From Candidatus Omnitrophota bacterium (GTDB taxonomy: Bacteria; Omnitrophota; Gorgyraeia; Pluralincolimonadales; Pluralincolimonadaceae), in assembly GCA_041651455.1 (NCBI GenBank), contig JBAZJG010000004.1, positions 8,848 to 72,847 on the forward strand: 64,000 nt of DNA, read 5' to 3'. The notes under the pieces are model-generated. The model ran no database searches. It was not told where the DNA came from and saw nothing but the letters and a program-made list of their open reading frames with translations. The position numbers were made by a program, and so were the translations under genes. Each line of letters begins with the position of its first letter. Position 1 is the stretch's first letter. Positions 9,249 to 18,603 of the stretch are shown one piece after another.

Positions 9249-9631
9249 TTGGTTATTTTTTTGAAACCGGGATCCCCGTTCCTGTACCGGATGAACGCCT
9301 TGATTATCTCGTTCGGCTTAATGTCGTTATTTGCCGCGCGGTAATGATGCCCGGTATCCGCCTCCTGATATTCCAGGTCATAACCGCCGTTAGCGTTCGT
9401 GCAGACCTGGATGTAGTCCATCTCCGACTTCGACAGGATGACGAAATAAAACACTTTCTTCGAGGAGAGCGCGTTTATGGCGCCCGTGATGTCCTTGTCC
9501 GAAGGGTCCTGGATCTTCCTGCCGTCATTGATGTTCAGTTCGTACTGCACGGCTTCGTGCTCCCGGGCACAGGCTGCGGGAGCGCCCAAAAAAAGGACGG
9601 ACAACGCAATCATAAGACAGGTTATTCTCAT
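9227..9631 (-). CDS. Secreted hypothetical protein
   Basis: 134 aa with an N-terminal signal peptide (LSVLFLGAPAACA). No family recognised. Confidence 0.35.
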   Translation of the reverse strand: MRITCLMIALSVLFLGAPAACAREHEAVQYELNINDGRKIQDPSDKDITGAINALSSKKVFYFVILSKSEMDYIQVCTNANGGYDLEYQEADTGHHYRAANNDIKPNEIIKAFIRYRNGDPGFKKITKWKQIKW

Positions 9632-9699
9632 TTTGCCTCCGCAATGTATATCATTATATGCCTTAGGCCGGGCATTTCAAGCACAAAAACAGGGAAGCC

Positions 9700-11139
9700 C
9701 TACAGGGACGGCAGGCGGGTAGAACCCATGAGGTATTTGTCGATCGAGTGCGCGGCGCGGCGGCCTTCGGAGACGGCCCAGACGATCAGGGACTGCCCCC
9801 TGCGCATGTCGCCCGCCGCGAAGACATCCTTGACCGAGGTAAGGTAATGTTCATCGGCCCTGACATTGCCCCGCGGGTCGAGTTCGACGCCGAGCTGCGA
9901 TATCAGGCCCTTCTCGGGATAGATGAAACCGAGGGCTAACACGACCATATCGGCCTCTATGTCGAACGCGGTGCCCGGGATATCCTTTATGAGCATGCGG
10001 CCCTTATCGTCCTTGCCGATATCGACCTTCACGCAAGAAAGCTTCTTAACGACGCCCTTTTCGCCCTTGAACTCCTTTGTCGAGACGGCCCAATGCCTTT
10101 CCCCTCCCTCGTGATGGCTCGACGAGGTCTTCAGCAGCATCGGGTATCTCGGCCACGGGCAGTCCTTGGTGCGGCACTCGGGCGGCTGCGGGAGAAGCTC
10201 TATCTGGACCACGCACGCGGCGCCCTGCCTGTGCGCGGTGCCTACGCAATCCGAACCAGTATCGCCTCCGCCGATCACGACGACCTTCCTGCCTTTCGCG
10301 TCGATCATCCCGGCCGGCGGGATCTTCTGGCCGGCCGTCTTCCTGTTCGACTGGATAAGGTAATCCATCGCGAAATATACGCCTTTGAGCTCGCGGCCAG
10401 GTATCTTCAGGTCTCTCGGGAAACGGCTTCCCGATGTCAGGCAGACCGCGTCGAAATCCTTCTTAAGTTTGGACACCTTATAATCCGCCCCGACGTCCGT
10501 CGAGGTCCTGAACTCTATGCCTTCCTTTTTATATATCTTTATCCTGCGGTCGATGACGGACTTGTCGAGCTTGAAATCGGGTATGCCGTAGCGCAGTATC
10601 CCGCCCGGCTTGTCGTCCTTCTCGAACACGGTGACCTTGTGGCCCGCCTTGTTGAGCTGGTCGGCGCACGCGAGCCCCGCGGGCCCCGAACCTATCACGG
10701 CTACCTTCTTTCCTGTGCGTTTCTTGGGCGGTTCGGGTTTTATCCATCCCTCCCTGAACGCGTGTTCGATTATCGCCAGCTCGTTCTCGCGTATCGTTAT
10801 CGGGTCGTCGTTTATCCCGAGCACGCAGGAGAACTCGCAGAGCGCCGGGCATAAGCGCCCGGTTATCTCGGGAAGGTTGTTCGTCGCATGCAGTGATTCT
10901 ACGGCTTTCTTCCATTGCCCGCGGAACATGAGGTCGTTCCATTCGGGGATATAGTTGCCTACCGGGCATCCCCAATGGCAGAACGGCACGCCGCAATCCA
11001 TGCAGCGCGATCCCTGCTCCTGCGACTTATCGTCGGGACGCAGCACGGCGACTTCCCTGTAATCCTTCACGCGCTCGCATACGGCGCGGTAAGGCGCGGT
11101 CTCGCGTTTTATCTTGAGGAATCTCTTCGTATCAGCCAT
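9700..11139 (-). CDS. gltD: Glutamate synthase (NADPH) small subunit
   Basis: 479 aa: N-terminal Fe-S Cys cluster (CMDCGVPFCHWGCPVGNYIPEWN), GSGPAGLACA FAD motif, second GGGDTG dinucleotide motif. The ATG overlaps the gltB stop (ATGGCTGA). Confidence 0.9.
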   Translation of the reverse strand: MADTKRFLKIKRETAPYRAVCERVKDYREVAVLRPDDKSQEQGSRCMDCGVPFCHWGCPVGNYIPEWNDLMFRGQWKKAVESLHATNNLPEITGRLCPALCEFSCVLGINDDPITIRENELAIIEHAFREGWIKPEPPKKRTGKKVAVIGSGPAGLACADQLNKAGHKVTVFEKDDKPGGILRYGIPDFKLDKSVIDRRIKIYKKEGIEFRTSTDVGADYKVSKLKKDFDAVCLTSGSRFPRDLKIPGRELKGVYFAMDYLIQSNRKTAGQKIPPAGMIDAKGRKVVVIGGGDTGSDCVGTAHRQGAACVVQIELLPQPPECRTKDCPWPRYPMLLKTSSSHHEGGERHWAVSTKEFKGEKGVVKKLSCVKVDIGKDDKGRMLIKDIPGTAFDIEADMVVLALGFIYPEKGLISQLGVELDPRGNVRADEHYLTSVKDVFAAGDMRRGQSLIVWAVSEGRRAAHSIDKYLMGSTRLPSL

Positions 11140-14100
11140 CGCTCACCTCTTCGAACAGCACGTCCTTCCTCATCGTCCTGCCTTCCAGCGCGCGCTTGTA
11201 TTCTACCGGCATGACCTTCACTATATGTTTCAGTATGTTGCCGATGTCGTCGAGCACTTCTTTGGCCTTCGCGCTCCGGGTATATTTATAGTGGTCCGAG
11301 AGAAGGCGCTCTATTACCGCCTTGTCCTCGCCGGTCAGCGGCTCGAACGCGACCATGCCCATATTGCACCTCGACCTGAAATTGCGGTCCTCGTCGTAGA
11401 CATATGCTATGCCTCCGGACATGCCCGCCGCGAAGTTGCGCCCGGTCTTCCCGAGGATGAAGACGCGCCCGCCGGTCATGTATTCGCAGCCGTGGTCTCC
11501 TACGCCTTCGACAACCGCGTAAGCACCCGAGTTGCGGATGCAGAACCTTTCGCCGGCCACGCCGCGTATATACGCTTCGCCCGACGTGGCGCCGTAAAAT
11601 GTAGTATTGCCGATTATGATGTTCTCGGACGGCTCGAATCCCGCATGCCCGGGCGGATATACGATCACCCTGCCGCCCGACATCCCCTTGCCGACATAAT
11701 CGTTCGCCTGGCCTTCGACCTCCAGCGTCACGCCCTTCGCGAGGAACGCGCCAAAACTCTGCCCCGCGGTCCCGGTGAATTTATAATGCACGGTCCCGTC
11801 GGGCAATCCTTCGTCGCCGTAACGGCGGGCTACCTCTCCGCTTAACATGGCGCCGACGGTCCTGTCGGTGTTGCTTATATCAAAAGACGCTTTCACGCGC
11901 TCTTTTCCTTCGAGCGCGGGCTTCGCGGCCTCGATAAGCTTCAGGTCGAGTATGGCGTCTATGCCGTGGTCCTGCTTTATCGAGCAGCGCGTCTTCACGT
12001 GCGCGGGGACTTCCGGCTTGTATAATATCCTTGAAAGGTCGACCTTCCTCGACTTCCAGTTCAGGATATCAGTGTTTATGTCAAGCAGTTCGGTGCGGCC
12101 CACCAGCTCATCGAGCTTGCGGACCCCCAACCCGGACATTATGGTCCGCACTTCCTCGGCGACGAAACGGAAATACGCTTCGAGGTGTTCCGTCTTCCCG
12201 GCGAAACGCTTCCCGAGTTCCTCGTCCTGCGTCGCGACGCCGACCGAGCAGTTGTTCAGGTGGCAGTGCCTCAGCATGACGCAGCCCATCACGATAAGCG
12301 CCGCGGTCGCGAAACCGAACTCTTCCGCACCGAGCATCGCCGCGATGACGACATCCCGCCCGGTCCTGAGCTGGCCGTCGGTCTGCAGGCGCACGCGGCT
12401 CCTGAGGTCGTTGAGGACGAGCGTCTGGTGCGTCTCGGACAACCCGAGTTCCCACGGCACGCCCGCATGCTTTATCGAACTCAACGGCGAAGCGCCCGTG
12501 CCGCCGTCACCGCCTGAAATCAGTATCATGTCCGCGTGGCCCTTCGCGACACCGGCCGCGATGGTCCCGACTCCGATCTCCGAAACGAGCTTTACGCTTA
12601 TGCGCGCGCGGGGGTTCGCGTTCTTCAGGTCGAATATCAGTTGCGCGAGGTCCTCGATGGAATATATGTCATGGTGCGGCGGAGGCGATATCAGCGTGAC
12701 ACCGGGCGTCGAATGGCGCACTTTCGCGATCGTCTCGCTGACCTTGTGCCCGGGCAGCTGGCCGCCCTCGCCGGGTTTCGCTCCTTGTGCTATCTTTATC
12801 TGGAGCTCGTCCGCATTGGCAAGGTAATTTATCGTGACGCCGAACCTTCCGGACGCAACCTGTTTGGTCGCGGAGCGTATGCTGCCGCCGCCGGGCAGTG
12901 GTTTGTAGCGCGCGGGGTCCTCGCCGCCCTCGCCGGAATTTGATCTTCCGCCGATGCGGTTCATCGTCAGCGCCATCGTCTCATGCGCTCCCCTGCTTAT
13001 GGAGCCGAAGCTCATCGCGCCCGTCACGAAACGCTTCAGTATCTCAGATACGGGTTCGACCTCGTCGAGCGGGACAGGGCGTGCCGCGGACGACGGGGTG
13101 AATTTCATCATACCGCGCAGGGTCGTCAGGTACCCTGCCTGGTTATTTATAAGTTCCGAAAATCTCTTATAAGCGGCGGCATCGTTATTGCGCGCCGCAT
13201 CCTGCAAGGCAGCTATCGATTCCGGGTTCCAGAGGTGCGATTCCCCGTCGCGCCTCCACTGGTAGAGCCCGCCGTTCGGCAGCGCAGCCTGCGAAGCAGC
13301 AAGGCCCGTGAAAGCGGCCGCGTGCCTCTTTATCACTTCCTGCGCTATCTCGTCGAGGCCTATGCCTTCGATTCGCGAAACGGTGCCGCTGAAGCATTTA
13401 TCTATAAGATGCCTGTCGAGGCCGACCGCCTCGAATATCTGCGCGCCGCGGTAGCTCTGGAGCGTCGAGATGCCCATCTTTGACAGGATCTTAAGCAGGC
13501 CGTGGTTTACGGCATCTATATAATTCTTGCGCGCGGTGCTCGAGGCGAGTTCCGGGTCGGGGAACGCGATTATCAGGTCCTTGTCCCTTATCATCTGCTC
13601 GATCGTCTCGTACGCGAGGTAAGGGTTTATGCAGTCAGCTCCGTATCCGAAGAGCAGCGCAAAATGCGCGACCTCGCGAGGCTCGCCGCTCTCGATGATT
13701 ATGCTGGCCCGGGTGCGCGCCTGCGTGCGGATCAGGTGATGGTGCACTGCTCCGCATGCTAGCAGCGCGGGAAGCGCGGCATGCTTTTCGTCGACACCCC
13801 TGTCGCTTAATATTATGAAAGTATAACCGGCCTTTATCGCGGCGGACGCTTCTTTACATATCCTGTCGAGCGCTTTCTTGAGGGCGGCTTTCCCCTTTGA
13901 TGCGTCGAAGAGCGTGGTTATCGTCTTCGTCTTAAAGGTCCTGTTGCGGATGCCGCGTATCTTCTCGAGGTCTATATTGGTAAGTATCGGGTTATTGACC
14001 TTCAGCCGGTGGCAATGGTCGGGCGTCTCCTCGAGCAGGTTCTTCTCGCGGCCAAGGTACGTGTTGAGCGTCATGACCAGCTCCTCGCGGATAGGGTCTA

Positions 14101-15688
14101 TCGGCGGGTTCGTGACCTGCGCGAAGAGCTGCTTGAAGTAATCGTAGAGCATCCTGGGCCGTGTCGACAGGACCGCGAGCGGCGTATCATCACCCATGGA
14201 ACCCGTCGGTTCGTTGCCGTCGCCGGCCATCGGCTTTATGACCCTGCGCAGGTCCTCCTTCGAATAGCCGAAGGCCTTCTGCGCCGCGGCAAGGTCCTTC
14301 TCGTGCCAGACCTTATAGGTGTGCGGGAAAGGCAGGTCTGATAGCTTCTCCATATTCTCCTCGAGCCACCTGCCGTACGGCTGCGAGGACGCCATGCCCG
14401 CCTTGATCTCGCTGTCCTCTATTATCCTTCCGGCGACGGTATCGATAAGGAACATCTTGCCCGGCTGGAGCCGGCCGTTGACGGCTATCTCCTCCGCGGG
14501 GATATCGAGGACGCCGGCTTCCGACGCCATCACGACGAGCCCGCCCTTCGTTATGACATAGCGCGCAGGCCTCAAACCGTTGCGGTCGAGTATCGCGCCG
14601 ACGAGATTGCCGTCGGTGAAAGCGATCGCCGCGGGGCCGTCCCAGGGCTCCATGAGGCACGCGTGGTATTCGTAAAAATGCTTCCTGTCCTCGTCTATCT
14701 GGTTGTTGCCCTGCCACGCCTCGGGGATCAGCATCATCATCACGTGCGGCAGCGGCCTTCCGCTCAACACGAGCATCTCGAGCGTATTATCGATCATCGC
14801 GGAATCGCTGCCGCCGGGGACGATGACCGGCAATATTTTCCTCATGTCGCTGCCGAAGGCGCCGCTCTTGAATAACCCCTGCCTCGCGGCCATCCAGTTG
14901 ATGTTGCCGCGCAATGTATTTATCTCGCCGTTATGCGCCATGAAACGGAACGGCTGGGAAAGGTCCCAGGTCGGAAAAGTGTTCGTGCTGTAGCGCGCGT
15001 GTATCAGCGCGAAGGCGCTCGTGACGTTTTCGTCGTTGAGGTCGGGGAAATACCCTTTGAGCTGCGTCGACTTCAGCAGGCCCTTATAGCATATAGTCCG
15101 GCTCGAGAGGCCCGTGATATAGCAATCCTTCTCGGCGCGCCTCCTGACGACGTAAAGCTTCCTCTCGAAAGCCAGCCCAGCGGGGACGCTCCCGGGCCTG
15201 CCGATAAACACCTGCCTGATGAACGGCTCCGTGTCGCGCGCGGTCTTTCCGATCATGGAATCGTCTACCGGAACGTCGCGCCATCCTAGCAGCGCCAGCC
15301 CCTCTTCCTCGGTGATCCTTTTGACCGCGTCTTCGCAGGCCTTCCTCTTCTTCCCGTCGACCGGGAGGAATACGATGCCCGCGCCGTAATCGCCCTCGGG
15401 CGGAAGGCCTATGCCCTCCTTACGGCATTCCTTCGCGAAGAACCCGTGGGGTATCTGTATCAGCACGCCCGCGCCGTCGCCCGTATCGGGATCGGAACCG
15501 GTCGCACCCCGGTGCATAAGATGCTCGAGCGCGAGGATGCCCTTAAGGACGGTATCGTGCGACTTCCGCCCCTTTATATCGCAGACGAACCCGACGCCGC
15601 AGCTGTCGTGCTCGAACTGCGGGTCGTATAGCCCCTGCTTCGCGGGCAGATGCCCGTTATATGCCCTGCCTGTGCTCTTCTTTGCCAT
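11132..15688 (-). CDS. gltB: Glutamate synthase large subunit (amidotransferase, FMN, GXGXG domains)
   Basis: About 1520 aa aligning end to end with GltB (DSCGVGF amidotransferase N-terminus, FMN/Fe-S central domain, C-terminal GXGXG repeat domain). The track starts at a TTG at 15700. The in-frame ATG at 15688 (MAKKSTGRAY...) is more likely. Confidence 0.9.
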   Translation of the reverse strand: MAKKSTGRAYNGHLPAKQGLYDPQFEHDSCGVGFVCDIKGRKSHDTVLKGILALEHLMHRGATGSDPDTGDGAGVLIQIPHGFFAKECRKEGIGLPPEGDYGAGIVFLPVDGKKRKACEDAVKRITEEEGLALLGWRDVPVDDSMIGKTARDTEPFIRQVFIGRPGSVPAGLAFERKLYVVRRRAEKDCYITGLSSRTICYKGLLKSTQLKGYFPDLNDENVTSAFALIHARYSTNTFPTWDLSQPFRFMAHNGEINTLRGNINWMAARQGLFKSGAFGSDMRKILPVIVPGGSDSAMIDNTLEMLVLSGRPLPHVMMMLIPEAWQGNNQIDEDRKHFYEYHACLMEPWDGPAAIAFTDGNLVGAILDRNGLRPARYVITKGGLVVMASEAGVLDIPAEEIAVNGRLQPGKMFLIDTVAGRIIEDSEIKAGMASSQPYGRWLEENMEKLSDLPFPHTYKVWHEKDLAAAQKAFGYSKEDLRRVIKPMAGDGNEPTGSMGDDTPLAVLSTRPRMLYDYFKQLFAQVTNPPIDPIREELVMTLNTYLGREKNLLEETPDHCHRLKVNNPILTNIDLEKIRGIRNRTFKTKTITTLFDASKGKAALKKALDRICKEASAAIKAGYTFIILSDRGVDEKHAALPALLACGAVHHHLIRTQARTRASIIIESGEPREVAHFALLFGYGADCINPYLAYETIEQMIRDKDLIIAFPDPELASSTARKNYIDAVNHGLLKILSKMGISTLQSYRGAQIFEAVGLDRHLIDKCFSGTVSRIEGIGLDEIAQEVIKRHAAAFTGLAASQAALPNGGLYQWRRDGESHLWNPESIAALQDAARNNDAAAYKRFSELINNQAGYLTTLRGMMKFTPSSAARPVPLDEVEPVSEILKRFVTGAMSFGSISRGAHETMALTMNRIGGRSNSGEGGEDPARYKPLPGGGSIRSATKQVASGRFGVTINYLANADELQIKIAQGAKPGEGGQLPGHKVSETIAKVRHSTPGVTLISPPPHHDIYSIEDLAQLIFDLKNANPRARISVKLVSEIGVGTIAAGVAKGHADMILISGGDGGTGASPLSSIKHAGVPWELGLSETHQTLVLNDLRSRVRLQTDGQLRTGRDVVIAAMLGAEEFGFATAALIVMGCVMLRHCHLNNCSVGVATQDEELGKRFAGKTEHLEAYFRFVAEEVRTIMSGLGVRKLDELVGRTELLDINTDILNWKSRKVDLSRILYKPEVPAHVKTRCSIKQDHGIDAILDLKLIEAAKPALEGKERVKASFDISNTDRTVGAMLSGEVARRYGDEGLPDGTVHYKFTGTAGQSFGAFLAKGVTLEVEGQANDYVGKGMSGGRVIVYPPGHAGFEPSENIIIGNTTFYGATSGEAYIRGVAGERFCIRNSGAYAVVEGVGDHGCEYMTGGRVFILGKTGRNFAAGMSGGIAYVYDEDRNFRSRCNMGMVAFEPLTGEDKAVIERLLSDHYKYTRSAKAKEVLDDIGNILKHIVKVMPVEYKRALEGRTMRKDVLFEEVSDG

Positions 15689-15711
15689 ATGTTTAACCAA
15701 TTGATAAAAAA

Positions 15712-15744
15712 GGCGTCTTCTACATTGAATATATAGAAGACGCC
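15712..15744 (-). terminator. Rho-independent terminator-like hairpin closing the lacI-GH94like-GH35 transcription unit
   Basis: Perfect 11-bp inverted repeat GGCGTCTTCTA / TAGAAGACGCC with an 11-nt loop, followed on the minus strand by TTTTTT (forward A-run 15706-15711). Lies 78 nt past the GH35 stop and only about 12-24 nt upstream of the gltB start. Confidence 0.5.
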
Positions 15745-15821
15745 TTCGTCTTGTCCTAATCCGTTTTAGGCAGTTAAATTATATCATAAACTCTGCCCTT
15801 GTCAATATGTCATCACAGCTG

Positions 15822-18590
15822 TCAGGAAGAGACCCTGGCGATTATCTTCTTGGCCGTATAATAGAACCCGATCTTCGGGTCCTTCAGCACCGGCGGAACG
15901 AAGCCGGATTCTTTGACCGGATGGAAGCCGGGCCCTTCGACCAATATAGCGACGGTATTGTCGTCGCGCAGGAACGACTCGGGTATGTAGAAATCGTTCT
16001 GCGGGCCGACCGATTCGTATTTTCCGAGCGCTTTGCCGTTCAGGTAGATTATACACCGTTCGAACGCATAATCTATAGTAAGTTTAAGCGCGCAGACGCC
16101 GCCCTTGCGCGGCAGGAACCTGAACTTCCTCCTGTACCATACGAGCTCGCCCATCTCCTCCGAGAAGACGTACTTCCTCGCGGCATGTGTCTTCTTCCAC
16201 TGCGCCTCGTTGCAATCCGGCTCGTGGTATCCCTTGATGAGCCCGCCGGCCTTTTCGCGCACGAGCATGCCTGTGAGCGCCATGCTGAAGTCCTTGCCGG
16301 ATATCCTCCCGGATATCTTTACGGGTTTCAGTATGCCGCTGTATTTCTTTATCGCGCCCTCGTGCGGGTGGGCTTTCGTGTGGTATGCGTTCTCGTACCT
16401 GACCGCGAGCTGGTTAGTCCCCTTCTTGACGAACGCGGAGATGTCGATCTCGCGGCACTCGATCCCGCGCCAGGTAAACCTGCCGTTGACATAGACGTAG
16501 AGCCTGTCCATGTCGTTGGCCTCAATCTTTATCCTGCATTCGGAAGGCCTGGCCTTAAGCTTGAACTTCTGCCTGTACCATACGAAACCGTGCTCAAGCA
16601 ACCCGGCCTGTTCGAGCGAATCCGTGAGCTTTATCGCCTTCCAGGAGGAATCGTCAAAGCCCTCCTCCTTCTCCTCGACGTCGGAGATGAACCGCGGCGC
16701 GTCGAGCCATGTTATCTTCGGCAGTTCCTCGACCGCGCAATCGTAGTCGAACGACACCGATCCCGTCGCCTTGTCGCATTTGAACGCTGCCGGCTCGCCG
16801 TTTATCGCCACCGACTTGGGAACGAAGCCGCAGAATATCCTCGTGCGCTGGTTGCAGCCGTTCTTGACCTGCGCGTTTATGTCGATCGACCTGCCGTCCG
16901 CGAAGAAGTCCTCGATGTAATAGTAGTCGCTTATTGCGACCGCGCCGTCCTTGTCCCACACCTTGGCGGCGGTCCTGTCGTCGAGGAAGACGAGGAATAC
17001 GCCGCCTATCCTGACGATACGTGTCCCTTCGTTCTCGTTATCGATGAGATAGCCGCCCCTGGCTTTGCTTATCCCGAACTTGCCTTCTATTATCTCCGGC
17101 TTCGCCTTCCCGCACTTAATGAGCGTCTCGCCGTCGATCTCGGGCCTGCCGGAAAGGAACACGAACTCGCGGCCGCCTATCTTCTTCTTCAGCAGGAGCT
17201 CGCATGTCGAGTAGCGTATCATAACATCGTCGCCGACAGTTATATCCACCGGGAAGAGGAACGAGGACCTCGGGGCGAGTTTCAGGTCCTGCGCGGACGG
17301 GAGGACCATCTCCTTCTTCTGGTCGGGCGAATAATAAGCGACGCGCGTCCTATGCGTGTCCTCGGTCAGGTTGCGGACCATCAGGAAGCCGCCCTTGCTG
17401 CCGTACCTCTCGACGGCCTTCACGTTCTCGAAAGTCCCCGAGAAGTCGGGCCTTAGCCCGGCCTTCCTGCCGTCGACGAGCGCAACGGCCTCGCCGCCCT
17501 TCGCGAACTTCGCGGCGCCTTCTTTCTTGTCCGACTCGAAGAGCTCTTCCTCGAACGAATCGAGGAATTGCGCGGTATTGCGCGCCATATGGTATTTAGT
17601 CGGCGAGACCTCGCCCCATTCCCTCACCGGCGAATGGCCGAAGTCATAGGTAGTGCATGTGCCTATCCCGCCGTAATCGCCCTTGCAGTTCCAGTACGGG
17701 AACGTCGTGCCGCCGACGAACATGAAATGGTTCATCACCGACGCGCCCTCAACGATGACCGTGCGAAGGATCGCGCGCGTGACCTCGGGTTCTATCTGGT
17801 AGAGCGGCTTGCCGAACTGCGCGAACCATCCGGTCTCGAGCTCCATTATCATGAGCGGCTTGCCGGGCTGCTGGGCAACCGACTCGTTTATGACCCTGTC
17901 GAAATCGTCGAACTCCCAAAGCCATATCCACGGAATGTTCGGGTAATAGGTCCGCGCGTCGATTATCTCGCTCTTCCTGAGGAAGCTGCCCTCGACGGTG
18001 AACGTAGGCACGTCTATTCCTTCCTTCTTCGCCATGTCGAGCAGTTTCAGGTGGTACTCGAGCGCGCCTTCCTTATACCTCTTTATCCCCGTGAACGCTA
18101 TGAGGTGGTCGTACTCGTTCTCTATCTGGAACAGCACTATGTTGCCGCCCTTCGTTATCAGGTGCGGCCTCAGTATGCCAGCTATTTCCTTATAATACCT
18201 GCCGATGAGCCTCATGTACTCGGGGTCTTTCTCGCGCAGGTTTATCTTCTTCCCGAGCAGCCAGTCCGGGAACCCGCCGAAATCCCATTCGGCGCAGATA
18301 TAGGGGCCCGGCTTTATGACGAGGTAGAACCCGTACTTCTGTGTCAGAGCGATGAACTTCTCGAGGTCCCTGTCGCCGTCCCAGCGGAACTCGCCCTCCC
18401 TCATCTCATGGAAATTCCACGGTATATACGTCACGACGAGGTTGAGCCCCGCCGATTTCATCTTCTGAAGCCGGTCTTCCCAGAGTTCGTGCGGGACGCG
18501 GAAATAATGGAACTCCCCGCCGTAGAGCATGACCCTCCTGCCGCCGATCAGCATGCTCTTCCCGTCGAATGATATCACCTTCTTGTCCAC
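15822..18590 (-). CDS. Beta-galactosidase, glycoside hydrolase family 35, cytoplasmic
   Basis: 922 aa: GGEFHYFRVPHELWEDRLQKMKSAGLNLVVTYIPWNFHE, GPYICAEWDFGGFPDWL, QIENEY (acid/base). Canonical GH35 N-terminal TIM-barrel signatures plus beta-sandwich C-terminal domains. No signal peptide. Confidence 0.8.
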   Translation of the reverse strand: MDKKVISFDGKSMLIGGRRVMLYGGEFHYFRVPHELWEDRLQKMKSAGLNLVVTYIPWNFHEMREGEFRWDGDRDLEKFIALTQKYGFYLVIKPGPYICAEWDFGGFPDWLLGKKINLREKDPEYMRLIGRYYKEIAGILRPHLITKGGNIVLFQIENEYDHLIAFTGIKRYKEGALEYHLKLLDMAKKEGIDVPTFTVEGSFLRKSEIIDARTYYPNIPWIWLWEFDDFDRVINESVAQQPGKPLMIMELETGWFAQFGKPLYQIEPEVTRAILRTVIVEGASVMNHFMFVGGTTFPYWNCKGDYGGIGTCTTYDFGHSPVREWGEVSPTKYHMARNTAQFLDSFEEELFESDKKEGAAKFAKGGEAVALVDGRKAGLRPDFSGTFENVKAVERYGSKGGFLMVRNLTEDTHRTRVAYYSPDQKKEMVLPSAQDLKLAPRSSFLFPVDITVGDDVMIRYSTCELLLKKKIGGREFVFLSGRPEIDGETLIKCGKAKPEIIEGKFGISKARGGYLIDNENEGTRIVRIGGVFLVFLDDRTAAKVWDKDGAVAISDYYYIEDFFADGRSIDINAQVKNGCNQRTRIFCGFVPKSVAINGEPAAFKCDKATGSVSFDYDCAVEELPKITWLDAPRFISDVEEKEEGFDDSSWKAIKLTDSLEQAGLLEHGFVWYRQKFKLKARPSECRIKIEANDMDRLYVYVNGRFTWRGIECREIDISAFVKKGTNQLAVRYENAYHTKAHPHEGAIKKYSGILKPVKISGRISGKDFSMALTGMLVREKAGGLIKGYHEPDCNEAQWKKTHAARKYVFSEEMGELVWYRRKFRFLPRKGGVCALKLTIDYAFERCIIYLNGKALGKYESVGPQNDFYIPESFLRDDNTVAILVEGPGFHPVKESGFVPPVLKDPKIGFYYTAKKIIARVSS

Positions 18591-18603
18591 GACATCCTCC
18601 GTA

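Noticed and set aside
9632-9699. Weak hairpin (AGGG-CTT-CCCT plus T5) after gltD as a terminator
   Set aside because: The stem is only 4 bp with a 3-nt loop, too weak to call. Mentioned only as a possibility.
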